This document shows positions 1 to 11,711 of a stretch of 64,000 nucleotides of DNA, one piece after another. The notes under the pieces are model-generated. The model was not told the DNA's origin. It searched no databases and worked only from the letters and a program-made list of their open reading frames with translations. Positions within the stretch are counted from its first letter, which is position 1; every line of letters starts with the position of its first letter. The stretch is from Octopus sinensis (lineage: Eukaryota). The translations under genes were made by a program, and so were the position numbers. The stretch lies in NCBI RefSeq assembly GCF_006345805.1, contig NC_043018.1, positions 7,874,001-7,938,000 on the forward strand. The letters are read 5' to 3'.

Positions 1-3000
1 TAGAGGCACTGGTGCTAGTGTCACATTAGAAGCACTGGTGCTAGTGTCACATTAGAAGCACTGGTGCTGGTGTCACATTAGAAGCACTGGTGCTAGTGTC
101 ACATTAGAGGCACTGGTGCTAGTGTCACATTAGAGGCACTGGTGCTAGTGTCACATTAGAGGCACTGGTGCTGGTGTCACATTAGAGGCACTGGTGCTAG
201 TGTCATTAGAAGCACTGGTGCTAGTGTCACATTAGAAGCACTGGTGCTAGTGTCACATTAGAAGCACTGGTGCTGGTGTCACATTAGAAGCACTGGTGCT
301 AGTGTCACATTAGAGGCACTGGTGCTAGTGTCACATTAGAAGCACTGGTGCTAGTGTCACATTAGAAGCACTGGTGCTGGTGTCACATTAGAAGCACTGG
401 TGCTAGTGTCACATTAGAGGCACTGGTGCTAGTGTCACATTAGAGGCACTGGTGCTAGTGTCACATTAGAAGCACTGGTGCTAGTGTCACATTAGAAGCA
501 CTGGTGCTAGTGTCACATTAGAAGCACTGGTGCTGGTGTCACATTAGAAGCACTGGTGCTAGTGTCACATTAGAGGCACTGGTGCTAGTGTCACATTAGA
601 GGCACTGGTGCTAGTGTCACATTAGAGGCACTGGTGCTGGTGTCACATTAGAGGCACTGGTGCTAGTGTCACATTAGAGGCACTGGTGCTAGTGTCACAT
701 TAGAAGCACTGGTGCTAGTGTCACATTAGAAGCACTGGTGCTGGTGTCACATTAGAGCACTGGTGCTAGTGTCACATTAGAGGCACTGGTGCTAGTGTCA
801 CATTAGAAGCACTGGTGCTAGTGTCACATTAGAAGCACTGGTGCTGGTGTCACATTAGAAGCACTGGTGCTAGTGTCACATTAGAGGCACTGGTGCTAGT
901 GTCACATTAGAAGCACTGGTGCTAGTGTCACATTAGAAGCACTGGTGCTAGTGTCACATTAGAAGCACTGGTGCTAGTGTCACATTAGAAGCACTGGTGC
1001 TAGTGTCACATTAGAAGCACTGGTGCTAGTGTCACATTAGAAGCACTGGTGCTAGTGTCACATTAGAAGCACTGGTGCTAGTGTCACATTAGAGGCACTG
1101 GTGCTAGTGTCACATTAGAAGCACTGGTGCTAGTGTCACATTAGAAGCACTGGTGCTAGTGTCACATTAGAAGCACTGGTGCTGGTGTCACATTAGAAGC
1201 ACTGGTGCTAGTGTCACATTAGAGGCACTGGTGCTAGTATCACATTAGAGGCACTGGTGCTAGTGTCACATTAGAAGCACTGGTGCTGGTGTCACATTAG
1301 AAGCACTGGTGCTAGTGTCACATTAGAGGCACTGGTGCTAGTGTCACATTAGAAGCACTGGTGCTGGTGTCACATTAGAAGCACTGGTGCTAGTGTCACA
1401 TTAGAGGCACTGGTGCTAGTGTCACATTAGAAGCACTGGTGCTAGTGTCACATTAGAAGCACTGGTGCTAGTGTCACATTAGAAGCACTGGTGCTGGTGT
1501 CACATTAGAGGCACTGGTGCTAGTGTCACATTAGAGGCACTGGTGCTAGTGTCACATTAGAGGCACTGGTGCTGGTGTCACATTAGAGGCACTGGTGCTA
1601 GTGTCACATTAGAGGCACTGGTGCTGGTGTCACATTAGAGGCACTGGTGCTGGTGTCACATTAGAGGCACTGGTGCTAGTGTCACATTAGAGGCACTGGT
1701 GCTAGTGTCACATTAGAAGCACTGGTGGTAGTGTCACATTAGAAGCACTGGTGCTGGTGTCACATTAGAGGCACTGGTGCTGGTGTCACATTAGAGGCAC
1801 TGGTGCTAGTGTCACATTAGAGGAACTGGTGCTAGTGTCACATTAGAGGCACTGGTGCTAGTGTCACATTAGAAGCACTGGTGCTAGTGTCACATTAGAA
1901 GCACTGGTGCTGGTGTCACATTAGAAGCACTGGTGCTAGTGTCACATTAGAAGCACTGGTGCTGGTGTCACATTAGAGGCACTGGTGCTAGTGTCACATT
2001 AGAGGCACTGGTGCTAGTGTCACATTAGAGGCACTGGTGCTAGTGTCACATTAGAGGCACTGGTGCTAGTGTCACATTAGAGGCACTGGTGCTAGTGTCA
2101 CATTAGAAGCACTGGTGGTAGTGTCACATTAGAAGCACTGGTGCTGGTGTCACATTAGAGGCACTGGTGCTGGTGTCACATTAGAGGCACTGGTGCTAGT
2201 GTCACATTAGAGGCACTGGTGCTGGTGTCACATTAGAGGCACTGGTGCTAGTGTCACATTAGAAGCACTGGTGCTAGTGTCACATTAGAGGCACTGGTGC
2301 TAGTGTCACATTAGAAGCACTGGTGCTGGTGTCACATTAGAAGCACTGGTGCTAGTGTCACATTAGAGGCACTGGTGCTAGTGTCACATTAGAGGCACTG
2401 GTGCTGGTATCACATTAGAAGCACTGGTGCTAGTGTCACATTAGAAGCACTGGTGCTGGTGTCACATTAGAAGCACTGGTGCTAGTGTCACATTAGAGGC
2501 ACTGGTGCTAGTGTCACATTAGAGGCACTGGTGCTAGTGTCACATTAGAGGCACTGGTGCTAGTGTCACATTAGAAGCACTGGTGGTGGTGTCACATTAG
2601 AGGCACTGGTGCTGGTGTCACATTAGAGGCACTGGTGCTAGTGTCACATTAGAGGCACTGGTGCTAGTGTCACATTAGAAGCACTGGTGCTGGTGTCACA
2701 TTAGAGGCACTGGTGCTAGTGTCACATTAGAAGCACTGGTGCTGGTGTCACATTAGAAGCACTGGTGCTGGTGTCACATTAGAGGCACTGGTGCTGGTGT
2801 CACATTAGAAGCACTGGTGCTAGTGTCACATTAGAAGCACTGGTGCTAGTGTCACATTAGAAGCACTGGTGCTAGTGTCACATTAGAGGCACTGGTGGTG
2901 GTGTCACATTAGAAGCACTGGTGCTGGTGTCACATTAGAAGCACTGGTGCTAGTGTCACATTAGAGGCACTGGTGCTGGTGTCACATTAGAGGCACTGGT

Positions 3001-3191
3001 GCTAGTGTCACATTAGAGGCACTGGTGCTAGTGTCACATTAGAAGCACTGGTGCTAGTGTCACATTAGAAGCACTGGTGCTAGTGTCACATTAGAAGCAC
3101 TGGTGCTAGTGTCACATTAGAGGCACTGGTGCTAGTGTCACATTAGAGGCACTGGTGCTGGTGTCACATTAGAAGCACTGGTGGTGGTGTC
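1..3191. repeat. 26-bp minisatellite (~122 units in window), in fucosidase intron 3
   Basis: Unit TAGA(A/G)GCACTGGTG(C/G)T(A/G)GTGTCACAT repeated almost perfectly; truncated by the window start. Confidence 0.98.
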
Positions 3192-3362
3192 ATGTAAAAT
3201 GCACCCAGAACACTTTGTAAAATGGTTAGCATTAGGAAGGACATCAAGCAGTAGAAACAATACCAAAACAATGGAGCCCTGTATGGCTCTTGGCCTTGCC
3301 AGCTCTTGTCAAAGTGACCAACCCATGTCAGCATGGACAACAAATGTTAAATGATGATGATG
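3192..3362 (+). mobile_element. Diverged RTE LINE 3' tail contiguous with the minisatellite
   Basis: catgtaaaatgcaccc...ttaggaaggacatc...agcatggacaacaaatgttaaatgatgatga matches the RTE 3' ends elsewhere in the window. Confidence 0.75.
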
Positions 3363-3504
3363 TGTGTGTGGAGTATTCTCGGATTATCAAGCTCAAAGAA
3401 TTCCATGATAAATATTTGAGTTTTAATAAGTTTAATCCATAGCCATAGTTCCAACAAAATATATTTTGGTTCCACCAAAGCCTTATCATGTGTGTGTGTG
3501 TGTG

Positions 3505-3730
3505 CATGCATACCGATTTCTTTACTACTCACAAGGGGTAAACACAGAGAGGACAAATGGATTAAGTCGATTATATCGACCCCAGTGCGTAACTGGTACT
3601 TATTTAATCGACCCCGTAAGGATGAAAGGCAAAGTCGACCTCGGCGGAATTTGAGCTCAGAACGTAACGGCAGACGAAATACGGCTACGCATTTCGCCCG
3701 GCGTGCTAACGATTCTGCCAGCTTGCTGCC
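3505..3730 (-). mobile_element. tRNA-headed SINE family B (tail AATAAAGAAATAAGAA), tail-truncated
   Basis: Reverse complement of ggcagcaagctggcagaa...gttctgagttcaaattccgccgaggtcgactttgcctttcatcc. Same family at 4119-4725, 12833-13065, 13370-13525, 39855-40020, 42265-42480. Confidence 0.85.
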
Positions 3731-3894
3731 TGGGTGTGCATGCATACCTATCTGTATTATTTAACACACACACACGTGCATACACATATGTTTTCAACAT
3801 GTATATATAATGAAAGACATGCATTAAGAGAGAGGCAGACTAACAAACAGACAGATGGACAGAGAAAGATAAGCAAGAATGGGTCTGAACTTAC

Positions 3895-4022
3895 CCTAAC
3901 AAACTTTTGGGTTGTAAAATTGTTGGCTTTGTCTTGTAGAAAGAGAGGATTGAACCATTCAAAGAGAGAATGGTACAAACCAAAATGGATTGGAGTCTTC
4001 TTGATGGCAGCTGCAAGTTCAC
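3895..4022 (-). CDS. FUCA: Alpha-L-fucosidase coding exon 3
   Basis: Acceptor catccttcAG, 128 nt reading (G)[42 protein letters not shown], donor GTAAGT. Later exons, including the catalytic Asp, were not found and must lie left of the window. Confidence 0.95.
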
Positions 4023-4118
4023 CTGAAGGATGAGGGACAGAAAAAGAAGTCACCTTTAATTGTTTTGTTAGGTAGTGGTGGTGGTTGTGGGGTGTAAGGA
4101 GTGATAGGAATAAAAAAG

Positions 4119-4725
4119 GCAGCAAGCTGGCAGAAGCGTTAGCATGCTGGGAGAAATGCTTATCGGTATTTTGTCTGCCGTTATGTTCTGAGTTCAAATT
4201 CCGCCGAGGTCAACTTTGCCTTTCATCCTTTTGGGGTCAATTAAATAAGTACCAGTTACACACTGGGGTCGATATAATCGACTTAATCCTTTTGTCTGTC
4301 CTTGTTTGTCCCCTCTCTGTTTAGTCCCTTGCGGGTAGTAAAGAAATAGGTATTTCGTCTGTCGTTACGTTCTGAGTTCAAATTCCGCCGAGGTCAACTT
4401 TGCCTTTCATCCTTTTGGGATCGATTAGATAAGTACCAGTTATGCACTGGGGTCGATATAATCGACTTAATCCGTTTGTCTGTCCTTGTTTGTCCTCTCT
4501 GTGTTTAGCCCCTTGTGGGTAGTAAAGAAATAGGTATTTTGTCTGCCATTATGTTCTGAGTTCAAATTCCACCAAGGTCGACTTTGCCTTTCATCCTTTC
4601 AGGGTCGATAAATTAAAGTACCAGTTACGCACTGGGGTTGATGTAATCGACTTAATCCCTTTTGTCTGTCCTTGTTTGTCCCCTCTCTGTTTAGCCCCTT
4701 GTGGGCAATAAAGAAATAAGAAATA
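4119..4725 (+). mobile_element. Head-to-tail trimer of SINE family B in fucosidase intron 2
   Basis: One copy with head plus two headless copies joined at aaagaaataggtattt. Confidence 0.9.
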
Positions 4726-4888
4726 AATATGCCAGTGTGAGCATGAAGAATATACCAATGGGAGTGAGGAATGGGGAGAGTGAAGGGGAATGATGATGAT
4801 GATGATGATCATCATCATCATCATCATCACGACGATGAGGCGGAGGCGGAAGGTAGAATTGAAGATTTTCAGGAAAATATAAACTAAC

Positions 4889-4995
4889 CAACAAGGTCTC
4901 GTTTTGGGCCCACAGCTTTTGAGTTCCAATTCCAGGAGTATTTAGATGGCCAGTTGGTGAATCCTTCATGGTGTTTGCTTGTTAGAACAACATAC
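4889..4995 (-). CDS. FUCA: Alpha-L-fucosidase coding exon 2
   Basis: Acceptor tctttcgttAG, 107 nt reading (R)[35 protein letters not shown](G), with the GH29 KHHEG motif. Donor GTTAGT. Phases match exons 1 and 3. Confidence 0.95.
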
Positions 4996-5502
4996 CTAAC
5001 GAAAGAATTTAGAAAAAGAATAATTAATTAACCCTTAAACAGCAGGAAGGAGTTGCATGAAGGTGTGTGCCAAACAAGCAAAAAACAAACAAAAAAATCT
5101 CTTTTTCAAAAATTACATAGAAATTATCCAATTACTTCACAAAATCAATCATTTCATCTTACCATTATTCCTGAATGTGACTATTGTCTTTTAATTATTA
5201 CTATTAATTGCCATATTTAAATAGACCTTAACATTATAACTAATAGGTGTAATTTTTTAAAAATAAGCATTTGGCAACATTTAGCCTGCTTCTGCTACGC
5301 AGAGAGAGTGCTTGCTTCACTGTAGCTTTGGTCAGCTGCAAGCAGTGAAGAGAGAAAGATACACTTTACAAGGTTTCTCAGGTTAAAATGCATCCGTTTT
5401 ATATCTAAGTTATTTCTTCATGCCTTTTTTAGTGAGTATATATACTACATACATTGTTTTATTGTATCATATGCTACATTTCAATGCATTTTTAATGATA
5501 TT

Positions 5503-7045
5503 ATAATAATGAAATTATTGTCTACAGTGCTCAGGTGCACCACAACTTGTCGAAAGTGCGTATAAAGCATATGCAGTAATGTACAAATGTCTGGGAAGTG
5601 AACAGTGCATGAGTCAGATACATGCTTGCATGTGTATGGAGGGGAGAAAATCAGGTGTAGTGTTGGCGAATCTCAGAAAGCATGGAAGTTTTGAAGGATG
5701 CAGTGCTCTGACAACTAACAACTGATGCCAGCAGTTTGTTCCCTACTTCAGGAACTCTTAGTGTGAAAAAATGTTTCCGAAAGTCATGGGAGCTGTGCTT
5801 TGTAAACATGTCCATGGGTGTCAGACAGATGGAGTTTGAAAAGGTGCTCAGAGTTATTGTTTGTAAGATGGTTAATAATTTTATGGGTGTCTGCCAAGTC
5901 AGCTGCCAGACGTCATAGTTTCAATGTATCCATGCCCAGGGAAGTAAGGCATTCAGAGTATGGCAAATGCCTGATGGAGGGTATTCTCTTGGTTGCACAT
6001 CGCTGAACGGTTTCCAGACAATATCCTGATGCAAATTCCAGGTGAGGCTGCACCATAGCTATATAAAGCCTCAGATAGATAGCCAGAGAGCGGTTCACAA
6101 AGGACTTGGAAGTGATACCAAGACACCCTCAGATTTCTTGGCAATTTTAGTAATGTGTTTTGTCCACTGCAAATTGCTGTCAACAATAATGCCCAGGTCA
6201 TGTTCACAAAAAGACTTTTTGAGATTAGTGTTGTAGAGGAAGTAAGTAGACGCTGGATTTTTCTTCCCGAAATGCATGGTGGTACATTTGTCCACAGCTA
6301 GCTTGAGTTGCCAGTCCATAATCCATTGCTGAATTGTGTCCAGGTCTGATTGCAATAAAGATATATAGTGTACAGGATCTGTCCTCTTTATTTCAAGGTA
6401 CAGCTTGATGTGATCTGCATATGTCAGCACTGTGGCATTCTTTAAGTTGGCAGCTATGTCATTAATATATGCAACAAATAAAAGGGGGCCAAGAACAGAT
6501 CCCTGTGGTACACCAGATGTCATCTCATAGGCTGAGGAGTGCTGTCCTAGAACTATGCAGTTAAAAATGTGCCTTACCCCTTTCCTTACAGACCTCCACA
6601 TCATTTAAATCAGGGCAGCAAGCCCAGATAGCTTTTGTTGCATTTGTGGTGAATTTATGACTAAGAAATGTCAGAGAAACCTTACCAAATTTGTCAAAAT
6701 ATCTTACTCTGCCTATTTTGATATGTAAGATAAGAAGTGAGTGCCTCAATAAGTCCTTCTCAGTTTGTGTTCAAGAACTGCGACAATGGACAAAATATAC
6801 AAAGAAGTCTTTTTGTTTTGAGGTTTCAGGGATGACTGCTACTTTTGGTTATGTAAGGTACAGGAACACAGTTTTGAAGAGTGTAAAAAACAGTGTTTGT
6901 CCAAATCTCCCATGTGAGAAGACCTTAGGTCATGGGAAAGGGCTTTTCCATATTTCAAATGAGCACCACAAAAATTTATAAAGTAACATACAATTATGAA
7001 AACAATTTTCAGAAAGTTCCATTTTGCCAAACCTGTGTTAAATTT
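5503..7045 (-). mobile_element. 5'-truncated, decayed CR1/L2-group LINE (RT pseudogene)
   Basis: ORF 6095-6604: SGVPQGSVLGPLLFVAYINDI...YADH(D)IKLY...DLGIIVDSNL; downstream QPHLEFAS...LETVQRCATKRIP; ATT-rich tail. Frameshifts and YADH in place of YADD. Confidence 0.9.
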
Positions 7046-7059
7046 ACAATTTCAAGACC

Positions 7060-7535
7060 TGTTGTACTTGTGAAGACCTGTTGAGGCAAGTGAAAATCAA
7101 AATCAAAATCAAAATCGATTAACATCAATGGAAATTGTAGCTGTGATACCAGTGCCAATGGCACGTAAGAGAACCATCCGAACACAGCCATTGCCAGCGC
7201 CACCCCGACTGGCCTCCGTGCCGGTGGCACGTAAAACGCACCATCCGATTGTGGCTGTTGCCAGCCTTGTCTGGCCCAGTGCCAGTGGCACATAAAAAGC
7301 ACCATCCGATCGTGGGCGTTTGCCAGCCTCATCTGGCACCTGTGCAGGTGGCACGTAAAAAGCACCCACTACATTCACGGAGTGGTTGGCGTTAGGAAGG
7401 GCATCCAGCTGTAGAAACACTGCCAGATCAGACTGGGCCTGGTGCAGCCTTCTGGCTTCCCAGACCCCAGTTGCACCGTCCAACCCATGCTAGCATGGAA
7501 AATGGATGTTAAACGATGATGATGATGATGATGAT
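7060..7535 (+). mobile_element. RTE LINE 3'UTR fragment
   Basis: Ends ccatgctagcatggaaaatggatgttaaacgatgatgatg. Same sequence follows the RTE ORF end at 13525-14133 and 29466-31000. Confidence 0.85.
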
Positions 7536-8244
7536 TATTGAAAAGTGCCATAAAATATTGACTTTCTTTTGATGATTGCTGAAACCATGCAAAATTTTTG
7601 AAAAATCAATTGATGTCTGTTATTTAAGAGTTAATCAATAAATTAATTAATTATCTTCTTTTCATTGTTTCAGCCACTCACTGAACTACGACCATGCTGG
7701 AACACTGCCTTGAAGTGTTTAATCAACTCCAGTAATTATTTTTCTTTTTAAATCAGGTACTTATTCTTTCAGTCTCTTTTGCCAAACTGCTAAGTTATGG
7801 GGATGCAAATAAACCAACACCAGTTGTCAAGTGGTGATGGGGGCAAACATGTTCGTTTCTCTTTTTGCCATCTGTGATTTTATCTTTGATCTTCTATATA
7901 CATGAAGATAGAACACTGATTTTTTTCACCACCCCTTCCTTTGTTATTCATCCATCACCCCTTCCTTTCTCTCACTCCTTCTCAGTCAGGGCTATTACTC
8001 TCACTACTTCTCCTTCACTGAATTGCTTTTCTCTCTACAAAACTGAAAGTTACATTGCAGAACAGTCATTTTAACAAGTTATATTCATTTATCACATCTG
8101 CACCACACCGGATGCTCCTGAACCAGTTGTTGAATGTCCCACCCAAGACAAATTGATGCTAGATGTGTCGAAACAATTGTCATGATTAACAATAAATTCT
8201 CATATATTCCATCTTCTGCCTTTCATTTGCTATATATATATATA

Positions 8245-8620
8245 TACTCTTTTACTCTTTTACTTGTTTCAGTCATTTGACTGCGGCCATGCTGGAGCAC
8301 CGCCTTTAGTCAAGCAAATCGACCCCAGGACTTATTCTTTGTAAGCCTAGTACTTATTCTATTGGTCTCTTTTGCCGAACCGCTAAGTTACGGGGACGTA
8401 AACACACCAGCATCGGTTGTCAAGCAATGTTGGGGGGACAAACATAGACACACATATACACGACGGGCTTCTTTTAGTTTCTGTCTACCAAATCCACTCA
8501 CAAGGCTTTGGTCAGTCCGAGGCTATAGTAGAAGACGCTTGCCCAAGGTATCACGCAGTGGGACTGAATCCGGAACCATGTGGTTGGTAAGCAAGCTACT
8601 TACCACACAGTCACTCCTGT
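8245..8620 (-). mobile_element. tRNA-headed SINE family A
   Basis: Head aggcgcaggagtggctgtgtggtaag...ggttcagtccc, central (TA)n/(TG)n, tail actgaaacaagtaaaagagta. Other copies approx. 8946-9437(+), 12420-12830(-), 18588-18960(-), 19350-19710(+), 20018-20548(+), 22835-23537(+), 26161-26677(+), 28517-28920(+), 34586-34985(+), 35775-36184(-), 36356-36868(+), 39690-40192(-), 46080-46445(+), 48361-48717(+), 56590-57310(+), 59660-59959(+), 62355-62710(-), 63085-63480(+). Resembles described octopus SINEs; family name not verified. Confidence 0.9.
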
Positions 8621-8945
8621 GCCATATATATATATTTGCTATGTATATATATATAACTCCAAGAAAGTTAGGAGTTGTGAATCCAACCCACTAAGGGATA
8701 ATATCTATCCAATATACTGTTGGTATAATACCCAATTATTAATACACAAGTGCTTTTTTTTATTGCATTGCAATTACATTACCAAGTGTATTAAATGGGT
8801 GAAGGTAAAGAGATATTTTACCATTAATTTATATTGCAAATAAGAAAATGGAGGAGAACAATAGTTGGGTCATCAACTTTAGGACATTAAAAATGTTAAC
8901 CTATTTATGTATTAAACTGATACTTATATTAAACTAACATGCATA

Positions 8946-9126
8946 TAGGCGCAGGAGTGGCTGTGTGGTAAGTAGCTTGTTTACCAACCACATGGTTCTG
9001 GGTTCAATCCCACTGTGAGGCACCTTGGGCAAGTGTCTTCTACTATAGCCTTGGGCCAACCAAAGCCTTGTGAGTGGATTTGGTAGACGGAAACTGAAAG
9101 AAGCCTGTCGTATATATGTATATACA

Positions 9127-9157
<31 letters not shown>

Positions 9158-9437
9158 GAGCCTGGTGCAGCCCCTGGCTTCCCAGACCCTGATGATGATG
9201 ATGATATATATGTGTGCGTGTTTGTGTGTCTGTGTTTGTCCTCCCAACATCGCTTGACAACCGATGCCGGTGTGTTCATGTTCCCGTAACTTAGCAGTTC
9301 GGCAAAAGTGACCGATAGAATAAGTACTAGGCTTACAAAGAATAAGTCCTGGGGTCGATTTGCTCGACTAAAGGCGGTGCTCCAGCATGACCGCAGTCAA
9401 ATGACTGAAACAAGTAAAAGAGTAAAGAGTAAAGAGT
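8946..9437 (+). mobile_element. SINE family A with an RTE tail fragment in its central microsatellite
   Basis: gagcctggtgcagcccctggcttcccagaccctgatgatgatg sits between the (TA)n and (TG)n tracts. Confidence 0.85.
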
Positions 9438-10031
9438 ATATAAGATAAAGATACCAGTAATTATTAAAAAAACATGAATATAAATTGGTAAAATAACTTA
9501 CAACTGTTTATTCTTTTATAATATGTGGGGTGAGACAGGGGAAAGGCTATCTTTCAAAGTCGGCGTAAAAGTGAGACAGAGACAGCGATTGGATCGGGGA
9601 ACTTCTTTTAAAGTTGGCATTCCGTCTGTGTGTCTACAATTTCGTTCCTGCTGCTAATTTTTTCTTTCTCTCGTTTTATCTGTTTTATGTTTGTTGGCGA
9701 TTTCATGATCAGATTCATAGATACGTTTTTATTCATTTATTTTTCGTTTATATTGTTTGTTTTGAAATGTATTATATAAATAAATACAGGTCCCTAATCC
9801 AATTCTTGTTTGCGTGAATCAGGAAGCCCTTGGACGCAGAGGCGTTCGGAACTTGGAATCTTTCATTTTATTTTCGTTTTGCACACACAGGCCTGTACAC
9901 ACAAACACAGACTCACAAGCACACACACACACACACAATAATTCTTCCCATTCACGCCAAGTTCAACTTCCCTCATACAGTCGCGCTCTCTCTGTCTCTT
10001 TCGCTTTCACGCCGATTTCCAAAGACCCCCA

Positions 10032-10478
10032 GGTACTACTTAAGAAGAAGTGGTCCCGGTGCGCGCACTCGCGCATCCGCGCTAGCTAGTCGTGACTAGT
10101 CGATCCTACAACGACTACCTAGCAAAGTAAATAAAACACAAAATATATAATTTTTTGGATCTTTTCCTTTTGAACGGCAGACAATTTCTAGTTAACTAAA
10201 CACTTTAAAACTTCGTATACTGGTAGAATGTGTCAAAATAAAACATTTTTTTCTCTTGGCTTTATTGATAAAATTGTAATTCATTTGTTTAACGTAGTTT
10301 AATTTTTCGAATTTTAACCAATCCTATGCTCTACTGCCGTTCAAAAGGAAAAGATCCAATTTTTTTAAACAAAGTAAATAAAACACAAAACACAAAGGAT
10401 CGACTAGTCACGACTAGCTAGCACAGATGCGCGAGTACGCGAGTGTGCGCACCGGGACCACTCTTCTTAAGTAGTACC
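10032..10478. mobile_element. GG-ended MITE (Merlin-like) with ~76-83-bp TIRs
   Basis: GGTACTACTTAAGAAGAAGTGGTCCCGGTGCGC...GACTAGTCGATCCT (10032-10107) is inverted at 10396-10478. Flanks aagaccccca / aagatccca resemble a degenerate 9-bp TSD. Confidence 0.75.
10157..10357. mobile_element. Short GGATC-ended MITE nested in the 10032-10478 element
   Basis: TIR GGATCTTTTCCTTTTGAACGGCAG / CTGCCGTTCAAAAGGAAAAGATCC with a perfect 8-bp [11 protein letters not shown]. Confidence 0.9.
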
Positions 10479-10761
10479 AAGATCCCATTTCCTCCCAACC
10501 CTTTACGAAACAACGATAAGAATTTTCTACGAAAATCCACGATCACCTTCACAAATGTAAATAAACACACGTGGTTTGGAACTAGCAGTCGTGTGTTCTT
10601 GTAACGAAAGCTCGCCAGAGGGCTGGGGGTTCATTTTGCGAATAACTGGGGCAAATATCATACTTGTGTTAGATCAGGAGAATAAACAAGAACAGCAGCA
10701 ACAACAACAACAACAACATTCAACAAGTGAAACAAAAAATAAAACAAAAATAAACAACAAC

Positions 10762-11189
10762 CTGGCACCGGATTTGGTAAATATTTCTGCCCACTGGTTT
10801 GGGTTGAAGAACTCTGTGGTGAACATCGGAGCAAAATCCTGGTAGGTGAAGTCTGGCCTATAATTGTCCTTCATAAATTTCACAAATCTTGGGGACCGAA
10901 CCCCATCAAGATACCACCAGAACCACTCAGAGCCAAAACTGGGCACAGAAAACACACCCCAATGTAGGAAGATGCCGATTTTGGCCTCGTCGTACCATTT
11001 TGGTATGGGACGTGTGTCAAGAGATTTCCAATCGGGTTTGTACGGACCGCTAGAGATGCCTGTCCGAAATGCTGTAACGTCCCAGGATAAACTTGTTGAA
11101 GACAGTAAAAGAACCAGGAATAGTGTCGACGAAGGCCACCAAACAGACACATTTAACTTCGAAACCATCTTTGTTGTAATGGCTTGCAT
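10762..11189 (-). CDS. FUCA: Alpha-L-fucosidase (GH29), coding exon 1 with signal-peptide-like N-terminus
   Basis: Translation contains [43 protein letters not shown] and [36 protein letters not shown], typical of FUCA1/FUCA2. Ends at donor AG|GTTGTT (phase 2). ATG at 11189, alternative ATG at 11168. Confidence 0.95.
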
Positions 11190-11711
11190 TCAATATCAAT
11201 GTTTTTTTAGTCCAAGCGTATCTGACCTTAATTTGCTCACTCGCTCGCTGAACCACTGCACTTACCACCACTCCCGTGAGAAATACTGTTACCATCACTA
11301 CTACTACTTTGTATTTATATACTATGTATTTCTATCATTGCTACTACTGCTGGTACAATCTTTACAATTATTCTGTTGTGTCTGGGGAGTGTCATTTTGT
11401 TTTTGTGCTTTATAATGTAACACACTCACCGGTAAAATTTCCACTTATTTCTTATTTCTATTGTCCTAAAGTTTTCATTGCGTCTTGCAACCTTTACCAG
11501 TGAGTGTGTTACATAATAAGGCACAAAAAGAAAATGACTCTCCCCAGACACAACAGAATATGCTTCAACACACGAATTCAGATAAAGAATCTTGCAAACC
11601 AAATCCAAAAACGAAATTTACAATTATTGTTTTTCTAAAACGGGTTCAAGGCCTAAAATATGGGTGGGGTGTATATAATTAAATCAACTCCTGTACTTGA
11701 CTGCCACTTTA

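Noticed and set aside
1-3191. CRISPR-like regular repeat array
   Set aside because: Units are contiguous with no unique spacers, there are no cas genes, and the context is a eukaryotic intron.
8140-8185. Hammerhead half-motif GAAACAATTGTC (and tctgt/acaga-gtgaaac at ~54445-54480, minus)
   Set aside because: The CUGANGA half is missing or too degraded; at most decayed relics.
10674-10761. C-terminal extension of the 171-aa ORF (LLFIFVLFF...CCCC)
   Set aside because: Intron 1 read-through past the GT donor at 10761; homology resumes in exon 2.
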